NCBI GenBank assembly: GCA_017963105.1
Contig: JAGCTY010000111.1
Coordinates: forward strand, 4,943 to 68,942
Direction: 5' to 3'
Source of the DNA: Lentisphaeria bacterium
GTDB taxonomy: Bacteria; Verrucomicrobiota; Lentisphaeria; Victivallales; UBA1829
DNA length: 64,000 bases
The translations under genes were made by a program, and so were the position numbers. Every line of letters starts with the position of its first letter. Positions within the stretch are counted from its first letter, which is position 1. The notes beneath the pieces were generated by a model that was given only the letters and a program-made list of their open reading frames with translations, was not told where the DNA came from and ran no database searches. Positions 18,294 through 25,829 of this stretch are shown here, one piece after another.

Positions 18294-19571
18294 ATGGATA
18301 ACTATTCCGAACAGTCCGCGGAACGCCTGGCGGAGATTCAGGCCGACCTTGAACGCCAGTATGCCGGATATCAGGCCCGCAATCTCAAGCTCGACATGTC
18401 GCGCGGGAAACCCTCCGGCAGCCAGCTCGACCTGACGAACGGCATCCTGGACCGCCTCGACGGCTACATGGTCGAGGGGGGCATCGACGCGCGCAACTAC
18501 GGCTGCCTGGAAGGCATTCACGAGGCCCGCAAACTCTTCTCCGAGCTGCTCGGCATCCCGCGCGACCGCCTCATGATCGGCGGCAACTCCAGCCTGAACA
18601 TGATGTACGACACGATCGTGCGCCACTGGGTCTTCGGCACGCACGGACATACCCCCTGGGGACGCCTCCCCGCCGTCAAATTCCTCTGCCCGTGCCCCGG
18701 CTACGACCGCCATTTCGCCATCTGCGAGGACCTCGGCATCGAAATGATCCCGGTCCCGATGACCGCGAACGGCCCCGACATGGACATGGTCGAACAGATC
18801 GCCGGTTCCGACGACGCCGTGAAGGGCATCTGGTGCGTCCCGCTGTACTCGAATCCGCAGGGCGTGTGCTACTCCGACGAAACCGTCGACCGCCTGGCCT
18901 CCATGCGCACCGCCGCACCCGATTTCCGCATCTTCTGGGACAACGCCTACGGCGTGCATCACATTTACGAGGAATGCCGTCTGAAGGACATCTTCGCGAG
19001 CGCCGAGGCCGCGGGCAACCCGGAACGCGTCTACTATTTCTTCTCCACCTCGAAGATTACGTTCCCCGGCGCCGGCGTGGCGCTGCTCGCCACCGGTCCC
19101 GGCAATTTCACCGAGCTCCGGCACCACATGAGCATCCAGACCATCGGTCCGGACAAGCTCAACCAGCTCCGCACCGTGCGTTATCTGAAGAGCGCCGAGG
19201 GCGTCCGCGAACACATGCGCGTCCTGGCGCGCGAACTCCGCCCGAAATTCGACCTCGTGCTCGATACGCTCGAACGTGAACTCGGCGGCACCGGGCTTGC
19301 CTCCTGGATGCGTCCGAAGGGAGGCTATTTCATCGCGCTTGACACCATCCCCGGCTGTGCGAAAGCGGTCATCGAACTCGCGAAAAATGCCGGCGTCAAG
19401 CTGACCGGGGCAGGATCGACGTTCCCGCTGCACCATGACCCGCTCGACCGCAACATCCGCATCGCGCCCACCTATCCGCCGCTCGACGAACTGAAGACCG
19501 CCATCGAACTCTTCTGCGTCTGCGTGAAACTCGCCGGCGTCCGGAAGCTCCTCGCGGACAAAAAAGCCTGA
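18294..19571 (+). CDS. PLP-dependent aminotransferase (class I/II fold)
   Basis: 425 aa with LDMSRGKPS...NPQG...FSTSKITFPGAGVA (candidate PLP-lysine context). Substrate not assignable by eye. Confidence 0.8.
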   Translation: MDNYSEQSAERLAEIQADLERQYAGYQARNLKLDMSRGKPSGSQLDLTNGILDRLDGYMVEGGIDARNYGCLEGIHEARKLFSELLGIPRDRLMIGGNSSLNMMYDTIVRHWVFGTHGHTPWGRLPAVKFLCPCPGYDRHFAICEDLGIEMIPVPMTANGPDMDMVEQIAGSDDAVKGIWCVPLYSNPQGVCYSDETVDRLASMRTAAPDFRIFWDNAYGVHHIYEECRLKDIFASAEAAGNPERVYYFFSTSKITFPGAGVALLATGPGNFTELRHHMSIQTIGPDKLNQLRTVRYLKSAEGVREHMRVLARELRPKFDLVLDTLERELGGTGLASWMRPKGGYFIALDTIPGCAKAVIELAKNAGVKLTGAGSTFPLHHDPLDRNIRIAPTYPPLDELKTAIELFCVCVKLAGVRKLLADKKA

Positions 19572-19604
19572 GCGCACCAGCGTCATTCCCGACCGGAAGT
19601 AGCC

Positions 19605-20480
19605 ATGCGCCACGACGAACTCCTCACCAGCCTGAAGAACCCGAAGGTCAAATATGCCGCATCCCTGCGGGAACGCAAGGAACGCGACGCGCAGGGCGTG
19701 ACACTGCTGGAGGGGTACCGCGAGCTCTTCCGCGCGGACGCCATCGGCCTCAAGTTCCACGAGGTCTTCTACTGCCCCGAGCTCTTCCTCGGCGAAAACG
19801 AGGACGCGCTGCTGGATTCCCTCGCCTCGCACGGCGCGTCGCTCTACCGCTGCACCGAGGACATCCTCCGCAAGCTCGCCTACCGCGACCGCCCCGAGGG
19901 CCTGATCGCCGTCATCGAGGTCAAACGCAAGACGCTCGCCGACATCCCGAAGGTGAAGGACGGGCTATACCTCGTGGCGGAGACCATCGAAAAGCCCGGC
20001 AACCTCGGCTCCATGCTCCGCAGCGCGGACGCCGTCGGCGCCACCGCCATGATCGTCTGCAACAAGCAGACCGACTTCTACAACCCGAACGTGATCCGCG
20101 CCAGCACCGGCGCGATCTTCTCCGTCCCGCTCGCAGAGGCCACCTCCGAGGAGTGCCTCGCCTGGCTTCGCTCCTTCGGCATCCGCACGCTCGCCGCCAC
20201 GCCGCACACAAAACAAAACTTCACGGACGCGGACATGGCGCACGGCGTGGCGATCGTGGTCGGTGCGGAGCAGTTCGGCCTGACCCCGTACTGGATGGAT
20301 TCCGCCGACCAGAAGGTCGTGATCCCGATGCTCGGGCTGATGGATTCCCTGAACGTGGCGACCGCGGCGACTATCCTGCTGTACGAGGCGGCACGGCAGC
20401 GCGGCTGGAAGTCCTCGGCGGCCGCAGACTACGGTCTGGACCAGTTCGCGGGCGGGGAAAACTCGCTCGGACGCGGCTGA
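19605..20480 (+). CDS. TrmH/SpoU-family RNA 2'-O-methyltransferase
   Basis: SpoU motifs EKPGNLGSMLRSADAVG, NVIRASTGAIF, VVGAEQFGL, IPMLGLMDSLNVATAATILLYE. Confidence 0.85.
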   Translation: MRHDELLTSLKNPKVKYAASLRERKERDAQGVTLLEGYRELFRADAIGLKFHEVFYCPELFLGENEDALLDSLASHGASLYRCTEDILRKLAYRDRPEGLIAVIEVKRKTLADIPKVKDGLYLVAETIEKPGNLGSMLRSADAVGATAMIVCNKQTDFYNPNVIRASTGAIFSVPLAEATSEECLAWLRSFGIRTLAATPHTKQNFTDADMAHGVAIVVGAEQFGLTPYWMDSADQKVVIPMLGLMDSLNVATAATILLYEAARQRGWKSSAAADYGLDQFAGGENSLGRG

Positions 20481-20574
20481 TTTTTACGGTCCGTCCGGTT
20501 CTGCCTGCGGCATTCCGGAGCATTTATCTATATAAAGCGTTTTTTTCCGGTTTTCGGCTTGCTTTTCCGTTTTT

Positions 20575-20599
20575 ATGTTGTATAGTATAATATCAACAT
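20575..20599 (+). promoter_or_regulatory. Inverted repeat overlapping a TATAAT box; candidate MarR operator/promoter
   Basis: ATGTTG-N13-CAACAT (20575-20599) encloses TATAAT (20586-20591), about 55 nt upstream of the MarR ATG. Confidence 0.35.
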
Positions 20600-20652
20600 A
20601 TTTCTGACACTAAAACAATCACCCGCCTTAAATGGTAAGGAGAATAAACGAT

Positions 20653-21150
20653 ATGCCGGCCACCCCCGCTTCCCGCCGCACCCCGCAAATGTCCTGGGAA
20701 CTCCTCTTTCAGATCACCGACCTCCTCCGCGTGCTCGGCGCCCCCGGAAATACGCTCAACAACAAGAAGATCACGCTCGGCAAGATCCGCGTCATCAGCT
20801 ATCTTTTCGCCAACATGGACCAGCCGCCGATGCTGAAGGACATCGCCGAAGTCTTCGGGCTGACCCCCGGCGCGGTGTCCCAGACGATCGACTCCCTCGT
20901 GGAGGACGGCATCGTGCAGCGCGAGCAGTCCAGCGAAGACCGCCGCGCGATCCATATTTCCCTCACGAAACAGGGCATCGCGCTGAAACGCCGCCATGAC
21001 AACTACTTCACCGACTACATGGATCATTTCTTCCGGAACATCGACGAGAAGAAACAGCAGATCTTCCTGGAGGTGCTGGAGCAGATGGTCGAGACGCTTC
21101 AGCCCGAAGTCGAAAACCAGACCGGGGAAGAAGCCGATTCCGAAGAGTGA
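20653..21150 (+). CDS. MarR-family transcriptional regulator
   Basis: Winged-helix region LKDIAEVFGLTPGAVSQTIDSLVEDGIVQREQSSEDRRAIHISLT. ATG 20653 is preferred because AAGGAG lies about 10 nt upstream. Confidence 0.85.
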   Translation: MPATPASRRTPQMSWELLFQITDLLRVLGAPGNTLNNKKITLGKIRVISYLFANMDQPPMLKDIAEVFGLTPGAVSQTIDSLVEDGIVQREQSSEDRRAIHISLTKQGIALKRRHDNYFTDYMDHFFRNIDEKKQQIFLEVLEQMVETLQPEVENQTGEEADSEE

Positions 21151-21175
21151 TCCTCCGGAGATTCCGGAGATTCCT

Positions 21176-21835
21176 ATGATCGAACTCGAACCCTGGCTGG
21201 GGCGTTTTGCGAGGATATTGCTTGAAACGTTCGGGAAACGCGTGTGGTTTGCCGGGCTTCAGGGCAGTTATGCCCGGGGCGAGGCGACGGAATCCAGCGA
21301 CATCGACCTGGTCGTGATCCTGGATGCGCTGACGGCGGAGGATATTGCCGCCTACGACACCATGCTGGATTCACTCGACCACAGGGAGCTGGTCTGCGGG
21401 TTCCTGTCCGGGAAAGAAGAACTCCTGCACTGGGAACCGTCGGAACTGTTCCAGTTCTGCCGCGATACGAAACCCGTTATCGGCACACTGGATGAAGTCC
21501 TTTCCCTTGTCGGCCCCGAAGACATCAACCTCGCGATCCGAACCGGAGCATGCGGCGTCTACCATGCCTGTGTCCATAACATGCTCTACGAAGAGGATGA
21601 GGGTATCCTTCGCAATCTGTATAAGACGGCAACCTTTGCGATTCGTGCAGCCACGCTCCGGCGCACCGGGATGTATTGCAGCCGTCTGGACGAGCTTTTA
21701 CAGCATGCGGATGCCGCCGACAAAGAAATCGTTCAGGCTTATCTTGCCATGAAGGCCGATGCCCCCGTCGATTTCGCCCAAGCCTCGAAGATGCTGTTCG
21801 ACTGGGCGAAGGAGATCATCGTGCAGAGAAGCTGA
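21176..21835 (+). CDS. Nucleotidyltransferase-domain protein (KNTase/ANT-like) with helical C-terminal domain
   Basis: GLQGSYARGEATESSDIDLVVILD (GS...DxD Pol-beta-type NTase motif). ATG 21176 lies in frame in track ORF 20996..21835. Confidence 0.7.
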   Translation: MIELEPWLGRFARILLETFGKRVWFAGLQGSYARGEATESSDIDLVVILDALTAEDIAAYDTMLDSLDHRELVCGFLSGKEELLHWEPSELFQFCRDTKPVIGTLDEVLSLVGPEDINLAIRTGACGVYHACVHNMLYEEDEGILRNLYKTATFAIRAATLRRTGMYCSRLDELLQHADAADKEIVQAYLAMKADAPVDFAQASKMLFDWAKEIIVQRS

Positions 21836-21968
21836 CAGTTGCGGTTCGGTTGTTTTTATCCATATCTGTTTTCTAAAATGCACGGAAAAAACATATTCCG
21901 GCTTGAAATCCGTTTAATTCCTGCTATAGTAACGGTTACAATGAACAATCAAACCGGAAGACACTGAA

Positions 21969-22451
21969 ATGATTCTGTACCACGGAAGCAATATCCAGGT
22001 GAATACACCGCGTATTCTGGAGAAACTGCGCGCATTGGATTTCGGCGCCGGCTTCTATACGACATCCAGCCGTGAACAGGCAAAAAAGTGGGCTGGAGTC
22101 GTGACGAAACGACGGCAGGCCGGTGTACCTACTATTAGTAGCTATTCCTTTGATGAAACAGTCCTATGTGGACTTAGAATTCTGAAATTCGACTTGCCGG
22201 ATGGTGACTGGCTTGATTTCGTGGTCGCCAACCGTAAAGAACAGCCGGTTCCCATAGAATATGACCTGGTCATCGGTCCGGTTGCAGACGATTCGACGCT
22301 CCCCGTAATTGACGATTATGCCGACGGCAGGTATACGAAAGACGAAGCAATCCGGAGACTTCTTCCGCAGAAACTGACGGATCAGTATGCTTTTCTCTCG
22401 GACATGGCACTTTCTTTCCTGGTATTCCGGAAAAGCGAGGTGGTATCATGA
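21969..22451 (+). CDS. DUF3990-like protein (family name from memory); H-Y-E ART-like motif pattern
   Basis: MILYHGSN..., GAGFYTTSS, PIEYDLVIGPVADD. Low-GC context. Confidence 0.65.
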   Translation: MILYHGSNIQVNTPRILEKLRALDFGAGFYTTSSREQAKKWAGVVTKRRQAGVPTISSYSFDETVLCGLRILKFDLPDGDWLDFVVANRKEQPVPIEYDLVIGPVADDSTLPVIDDYADGRYTKDEAIRRLLPQKLTDQYAFLSDMALSFLVFRKSEVVS

Positions 22452-22690
22452 TGCCCGATGCCAGAATGCTTGATTATTATGACCGGCATGTCTCCCGGAT
22501 GATCTCGGAAAAATACGGGCTTGACGAGCGCGATGCAATCCGCGCTTTTCTGAAGTCGGAGACCTACCGGATGCTTATTACGCCGGAGCTTGAAATCTAT
22601 GCGTTAAGTCCGGTCATTGTATTCGACATGTGGGAGAATGAAAAGGTGTCGGGCGATCCCCGGCAGTCCATCTATATCCGCGGAGAATGA
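22448..22690 (+). CDS. Small DUF3791-like protein
   Basis: 80 aa, ATGA-coupled to the preceding gene. Helical pattern similar to the next ORF. Weak assignment. Confidence 0.55.
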   Translation: MMPDARMLDYYDRHVSRMISEKYGLDERDAIRAFLKSETYRMLITPELEIYALSPVIVFDMWENEKVSGDPRQSIYIRGE

Positions 22691-22693
22691 CGA

Positions 22694-22915
22694 ATGAGCA
22701 AGTCAAGTGAGTTTTTTATTTACCTGATCGAACGGTACGCCGCCTACAAAAAAACAAGCGCGGATAAGATATTGGCGTTCTGGGATGAGCTCGATCTGAC
22801 CGATTTTATCTACGACATGTACGAAATCTATCATTGCGAACGCCTCCAGAATGCCTTCGACGATATTGATTCGCTTATCGCGGAGCGAATCAAAGTGACC
22901 GGGCAACTTGTTTGA
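22694..22915 (+). CDS. Small DUF3791-like protein
   Basis: 73 aa; FFIYLIERYAAYKKTSADKILAFWDELDLTDFIYDMYEIYHCE pattern recalled for DUF3791. Confidence 0.6.
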   Translation: MSKSSEFFIYLIERYAAYKKTSADKILAFWDELDLTDFIYDMYEIYHCERLQNAFDDIDSLIAERIKVTGQLV

Positions 22916-22939
22916 CAAGCTAAGTCCGGCACGAAAAGA

Positions 22940-22981
22940 ATGCACCGTCCGGCCGTGAGGTCGAACGGTGCATCTTTTTTT
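22940..22981. terminator. Bidirectional hairpin terminator between convergent genes
   Basis: ATGCACCGT-16 nt-ACGGTGCAT followed by CTTTTTTT. The complement has a T-rich tail too. Confidence 0.55.
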
Positions 22982-22998
22982 GGATTTGAATGTGGCAA

Positions 22999-24528
22999 TC
23001 AGCCGCGGCTGGATTCGAGCGCGGCGTAGTCCGCCATCATGCCGTCGTAGAGGCCGCGCAGGGAGGCGTCGGGCTCGATGACGGATGCGGAGGCGCAGAA
23101 CATCGCGTAGAGGTCCTCGAACGGCGTATTCTCAATGCCGTTGGCGGCGCGGATGGCGGCGCCGAGGGACGCGGAGTTCGCGATGGAGACGGTCTCGATC
23201 TTCGCCTGGAAGACGTCGGCGAGGATCTGGCGGAACGTGGCGCTCTTGGAGGCGCCGCCGGTCACGCGGATGCGCTTGAAGCTGCCGTCGCCCTGCCACG
23301 CGGAGTGGCGGCGCATGGTGAGCGCCTGGGATTCGAGGAGGCAGCGGATCTGCTCGGCCTTGGACGCCGCAGCGGGGTCGAAGTTGCGGACGACGCCTGC
23401 GGGGACGGCGGGCGTGTTTTCGGCTTCGTAGTAGGGAAGCATCAGCTTGCCGCCGTTGCCGGGCTTCGTCTCGGCGCACGCGGTGACATCGAAGAATTTC
23501 CAGTCCACGCCGAGCTCGTCGCGGAGATGTTCGCGGGCAAAGGAGCCGTTGGTGAAGCAGATGAGGCTCATGAAGCCGCCCGCCGGGTTGCCGAACACGT
23601 GGCCGCATCCGTCGGGATCGGTCACGAAGTTCTGCATGGTGGCGAAGAAGGTGTCGCTGGTGCCGAGGCTGATGACCGCGGTGCCGAAGGAGCCGCCGCC
23701 GACGCCGATCAGGCTGCACGGATTGTCGCCGGACCAGACCACGACCGGAATGCCCGCGGTCAGGCCGTACTTCGTGAAGTAGGCGGAGAGCTTGCCCGCG
23801 ACGGTGTTCGAGGGCTTCACGGGCGGGAGCTTGCTCATGAGGTCGGGGGCGGTGGCCGCCGTGATTTCGGGATCCCAGACGAGCTTGTGGAGGTTCAGCA
23901 GGTTCATGCCCGCGCCGTCGCCGTAGTCGATCGGGCAGTCATGGCCGCAGAGCACGGAGCAGAGGAACGAGCTCACGAGGTGCACGGTCTTCGTCTTCGC
24001 CCAGGCTTCCGGCTCCTTCGTGGCGAACTTGCGGATCTGCGGACCGGTGAAACGGACGATCGCCGGGCTGCCGGTGTCGCTGCGCATCCTGTTGCCGAAC
24101 TGTTCGGTCAGCCAGGCGCATTCCGCCTCGGTGGACTTGTCCATCCAGATCGGGGCGACAGCGCGGGAGAGGATCGGGGTGAGCTGGTCGGCGAGGGTCT
24201 GCGCGGGATCCCAGTCGGTGATCGGGGCGCTCAGATAGACGGAGCCGTGCTGCTGGCCGGAACCGGAGATGCCGGCGATCTGCGCCATCGGGAAATCGGC
24301 CTTTTTCATGCGGTCGAACAGCATGTCCATGGCGGCGACCCACATGCGCGGATCAGCGCAGCGGACGCTTTCGTCGTCGTTCGGGAGATATCCGCTCGGA
24401 GATTTGTATTCCGGCAGATCGTTCTTGAAGTTGACCGCGAAAGAGCCGACGACTTTGCCGGCGACGGTGTCGATGACCTCGGCTTTGAGGCCCTGCGTGC
24501 TGGAGTCAAGACCCAGATAGTAGCTCAT
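22999..24528 (-). CDS. xylB: FGGY-family carbohydrate kinase, xylulokinase-like
   Basis: MSYYLGLDSSTQGLK...GISGSGQQHGSVY...GGASKS pattern. ATG 24528 lies in frame in track ORF 22999..24585. Confidence 0.8.
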   Translation of the reverse strand: MSYYLGLDSSTQGLKAEVIDTVAGKVVGSFAVNFKNDLPEYKSPSGYLPNDDESVRCADPRMWVAAMDMLFDRMKKADFPMAQIAGISGSGQQHGSVYLSAPITDWDPAQTLADQLTPILSRAVAPIWMDKSTEAECAWLTEQFGNRMRSDTGSPAIVRFTGPQIRKFATKEPEAWAKTKTVHLVSSFLCSVLCGHDCPIDYGDGAGMNLLNLHKLVWDPEITAATAPDLMSKLPPVKPSNTVAGKLSAYFTKYGLTAGIPVVVWSGDNPCSLIGVGGGSFGTAVISLGTSDTFFATMQNFVTDPDGCGHVFGNPAGGFMSLICFTNGSFAREHLRDELGVDWKFFDVTACAETKPGNGGKLMLPYYEAENTPAVPAGVVRNFDPAAASKAEQIRCLLESQALTMRRHSAWQGDGSFKRIRVTGGASKSATFRQILADVFQAKIETVSIANSASLGAAIRAANGIENTPFEDLYAMFCASASVIEPDASLRGLYDGMMADYAALESSRG

Positions 24529-24783
24529 TGTTGCATCCTGTTCTGATGTTGGTTTTTGGTGAAATGAGGATATACTACATAACAATAGCCTTGAAAGGCG
24601 TTTTTTTCAAGAGAACGCCCCGATTTTCTCCTTTTTTTCTTGCAAAAAACCGCATCATGGCCGCGTCCGCCCCATGCGGAATCAAAAAGCCCGGCCCCTC
24701 GAATGGAGCCGGGCGGGCGTTGAACCGTCCCTTAACCTGCCGGGAATGCCGTCGGACGCGGACGATCCCGCAGACGATTCCGT

Positions 24784-25509
24784 TCAGCGGCCTTTGCGCG
24801 GGACGCCGTGCTGGCCGGGCGCGACCGGAATGCCGCCGCTCTTCTTTTCCGTCGGACGGACGACGATCGTGCGGGCAGGTTCGCGGCGGGTTTCCACGCG
24901 GTGCGCAACAGGCGCGGGGGGACGCGCATCCGGACGGACCACGACCGTACGCGGCGGGGGATCGATGCGGCGCGGCGGAGGCGTCCATCTCGGCGGTGCG
25001 GGGGGACGCACCCCGATCCCGCCCCAGACCCAGGTGTCGGCGTAGAAGAACCAGCCGTCGTAGTACGGGACGTATTCGCCGTAGTAGTAGCCGTAGTCGA
25101 AGTCCGGAATCGTGGTCACGGTTTCCGTCACGACCGTAGTCGTCGGCGTGGTCGTGACGACGGTCGGCGTGGTCGTGACGACGGTCGGCGTGGTCGTGAC
25201 AACCGGCGTGGTCGTGACGACGGTCGGCGTGGTCGTTACAACCGGCGTGGTCGTGACGACGGTCGGCGTGGTCGTTACAACCGGCGTGGTCGTGACGATG
25301 CGTTCGCGGGGCTGCGTCACGATAACCGGGGCCGGACGCGGCTCAATGACCGCGCGGACCAGATTCACGATGTCGGCCGCGAGCTGGATGCCGTTGCTCG
25401 GACGCGGAGGCGGACCGTGGTGAGGGCCCTGAGCGAAAGCCGCCGGAGCAAGGATTGCCGCCGCGAAGAGTGCGGCGCCGATAGCGAGCGTCTTGTTGAA
25501 AGTCTTCAT
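24784..25509 (-). CDS. Secreted Thr/Val/Pro-repeat protein with aromatic-rich segment and Arg/Pro-rich tail
   Basis: Signal peptide MKTFNKTLAIGAALFAAAILAPAAFAQ, then TTTPVVTTTPTVV repeats, then DFDYGYYYGEYVPYYDGWFFYADTWVWGG. Confidence 0.65.
   Translation of the reverse strand: MKTFNKTLAIGAALFAAAILAPAAFAQGPHHGPPPRPSNGIQLAADIVNLVRAVIEPRPAPVIVTQPRERIVTTTPVVTTTPTVVTTTPVVTTTPTVVTTTPVVTTTPTVVTTTPTVVTTTPTTTVVTETVTTIPDFDYGYYYGEYVPYYDGWFFYADTWVWGGIGVRPPAPPRWTPPPRRIDPPPRTVVVRPDARPPAPVAHRVETRREPARTIVVRPTEKKSGGIPVAPGQHGVPRKGR
25141..25298. repeat. Coding tandem repeat (21/39-bp units) encoding TTTP(T/V)VV
   Basis: cgtggtcgtgacgacggtcggcgtggtcgt(g/t)aca(a)ccgg reiterated. Confidence 0.8.
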
Positions 25510-25577
25510 AGTCGTATCTCCTATGTTGAGGGTTTAAGAATCAATTCAACGAACGAATCTTCTTGTTTGTCGAATAA

Positions 25578-25606
25578 AATATAATACGAATTGTTCGTTT
25601 TGTCAA
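25578..25606 (-). promoter_or_regulatory. Putative sigma70-type promoter of the Thr/Val-repeat protein gene
   Basis: Minus strand reads TTGACA (25606-25601), 17-nt spacer, TATATT (25583-25578). Confidence 0.45.
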
Positions 25607-25829
25607 ATCGATTTTAAAACTTTTTTCGATTTTTTTTGGAAAACCGAATCATTTGAGGGAGAATCTATTGATTACGCGCGGATGGTTTATCTGCGGAAGG
25701 CAAAGAGCCACTGCGGGAAGATTCGCGTGCGGCTGCCTGAAAAGCAGCCGCCGAAAACCTTCCCGAGGGGACCTTTTTTCGGATGCGGAAAGACGCCGGG
25801 CAGAATGAATCAAGGCTCTCCGAGCTCAA

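Noticed and set aside
20632-20652. Upstream ATG 20632 as the MarR start
   Set aside because: The AAGGAG Shine-Dalgarno lies inside that extension and is positioned for ATG 20653.
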